From positions 124,001 through 188,000 of the forward strand of contig JAQGDQ010000322.1 of NCBI GenBank assembly GCA_030141605.1: a stretch of DNA of 64,000 bases. Reading direction: 5' to 3'. Each line of letters begins with the position of its first letter. The stretch's first letter is position 1. The notes under the pieces were generated by a model. That model was not told the DNA's origin. It did not search any database and saw only the letters and a list, made by a program, of their open reading frames with translations. This stretch comes from Tubiluchus corallicola. Lineage: Eukaryota > Animalia > Priapulida. A program made the translations under genes and the position numbers. Of the stretch, positions 63,327 to 64,000 are shown piece by piece.

Positions 63327-64000
63327 GTTTGTGCATGTTTTATAAGTACTTTTTATGTTTGCTTGTAACTTAACTCTTCGTATTTTGGAAGTGTTTCGCT
63401 ACTGAAAAACTTCTGATGAAGTAAAGCACTGATTCAAGTCAAAAATTGATTCTTGAAATGTACAACCTATTACGGTCAAATTATGCTCAAGTTGGAGAAA
63501 TAAAATGAAATAAAATTTCGAAGTTAAATAAATCTCAAGTAATAAAAATACCAGAGACATAACATGGCAATATTTTCTACAATTTAATATACTGCAAGCC
63601 AGAATTCAACAATTGTTTGTGGCAAGACTAAAGCCTGGTTCATTATCAAAGACAAAGCCTCTAAAATCAGATACTAAACCGGCAGAAGTGTCTCGAATGT
63701 ACGAGATAAACAGACAGGATCAGCACGGTAACAAAACCGTTCTGAACCAGTATGCAGCCCAGCAGTCTCGCACCACTATCATGGCGCACGTGCACATAAC
63801 CACTCGGCCATGTAATATCCATTGATATCAATGAATTTTTGATCAGCACTTGACCTTGATATTTGCAATTGCTTACACACTTGGCAAGAATTGTAAAACC
63901 AAAACCATACATTCCACTATGCTGTATAATACAATTCTACAAACTATTATCCACAAATCAAGCCAGTAATAATGTACAAAATTATGGCATATGAACGTTT

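Overview
AT-rich, intron-rich eukaryotic (invertebrate animal-like) genomic DNA, not prokaryotic. Minus strand: the first 18 coding exons of a 5-oxoprolinase gene (OPLAH, 28136->4748, continuing left of the window), a complete 7-coding-exon DNAJB6-like co-chaperone gene (43497->30760), and an intronless ankyrin-repeat/SOCS-box-like ORF (1846->668) that appears nested in an OPLAH intron. Plus strand: the first exon of an uncharacterised gene at 62775. Introns hold many MITEs, Helitrons, LINE remnants and tandem arrays. The most striking pattern is that several arrays are amplified exon-intron junctions: about 77 copies of a DNAJB6 3' splice site, about 15 copies of an OPLAH 3' splice site and about 15 copies of an OPLAH 5' splice site. 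In each case the exon-proximal copy is the one that reproduces the expected protein. All coordinates and copy numbers were read by eye; no searches were run.
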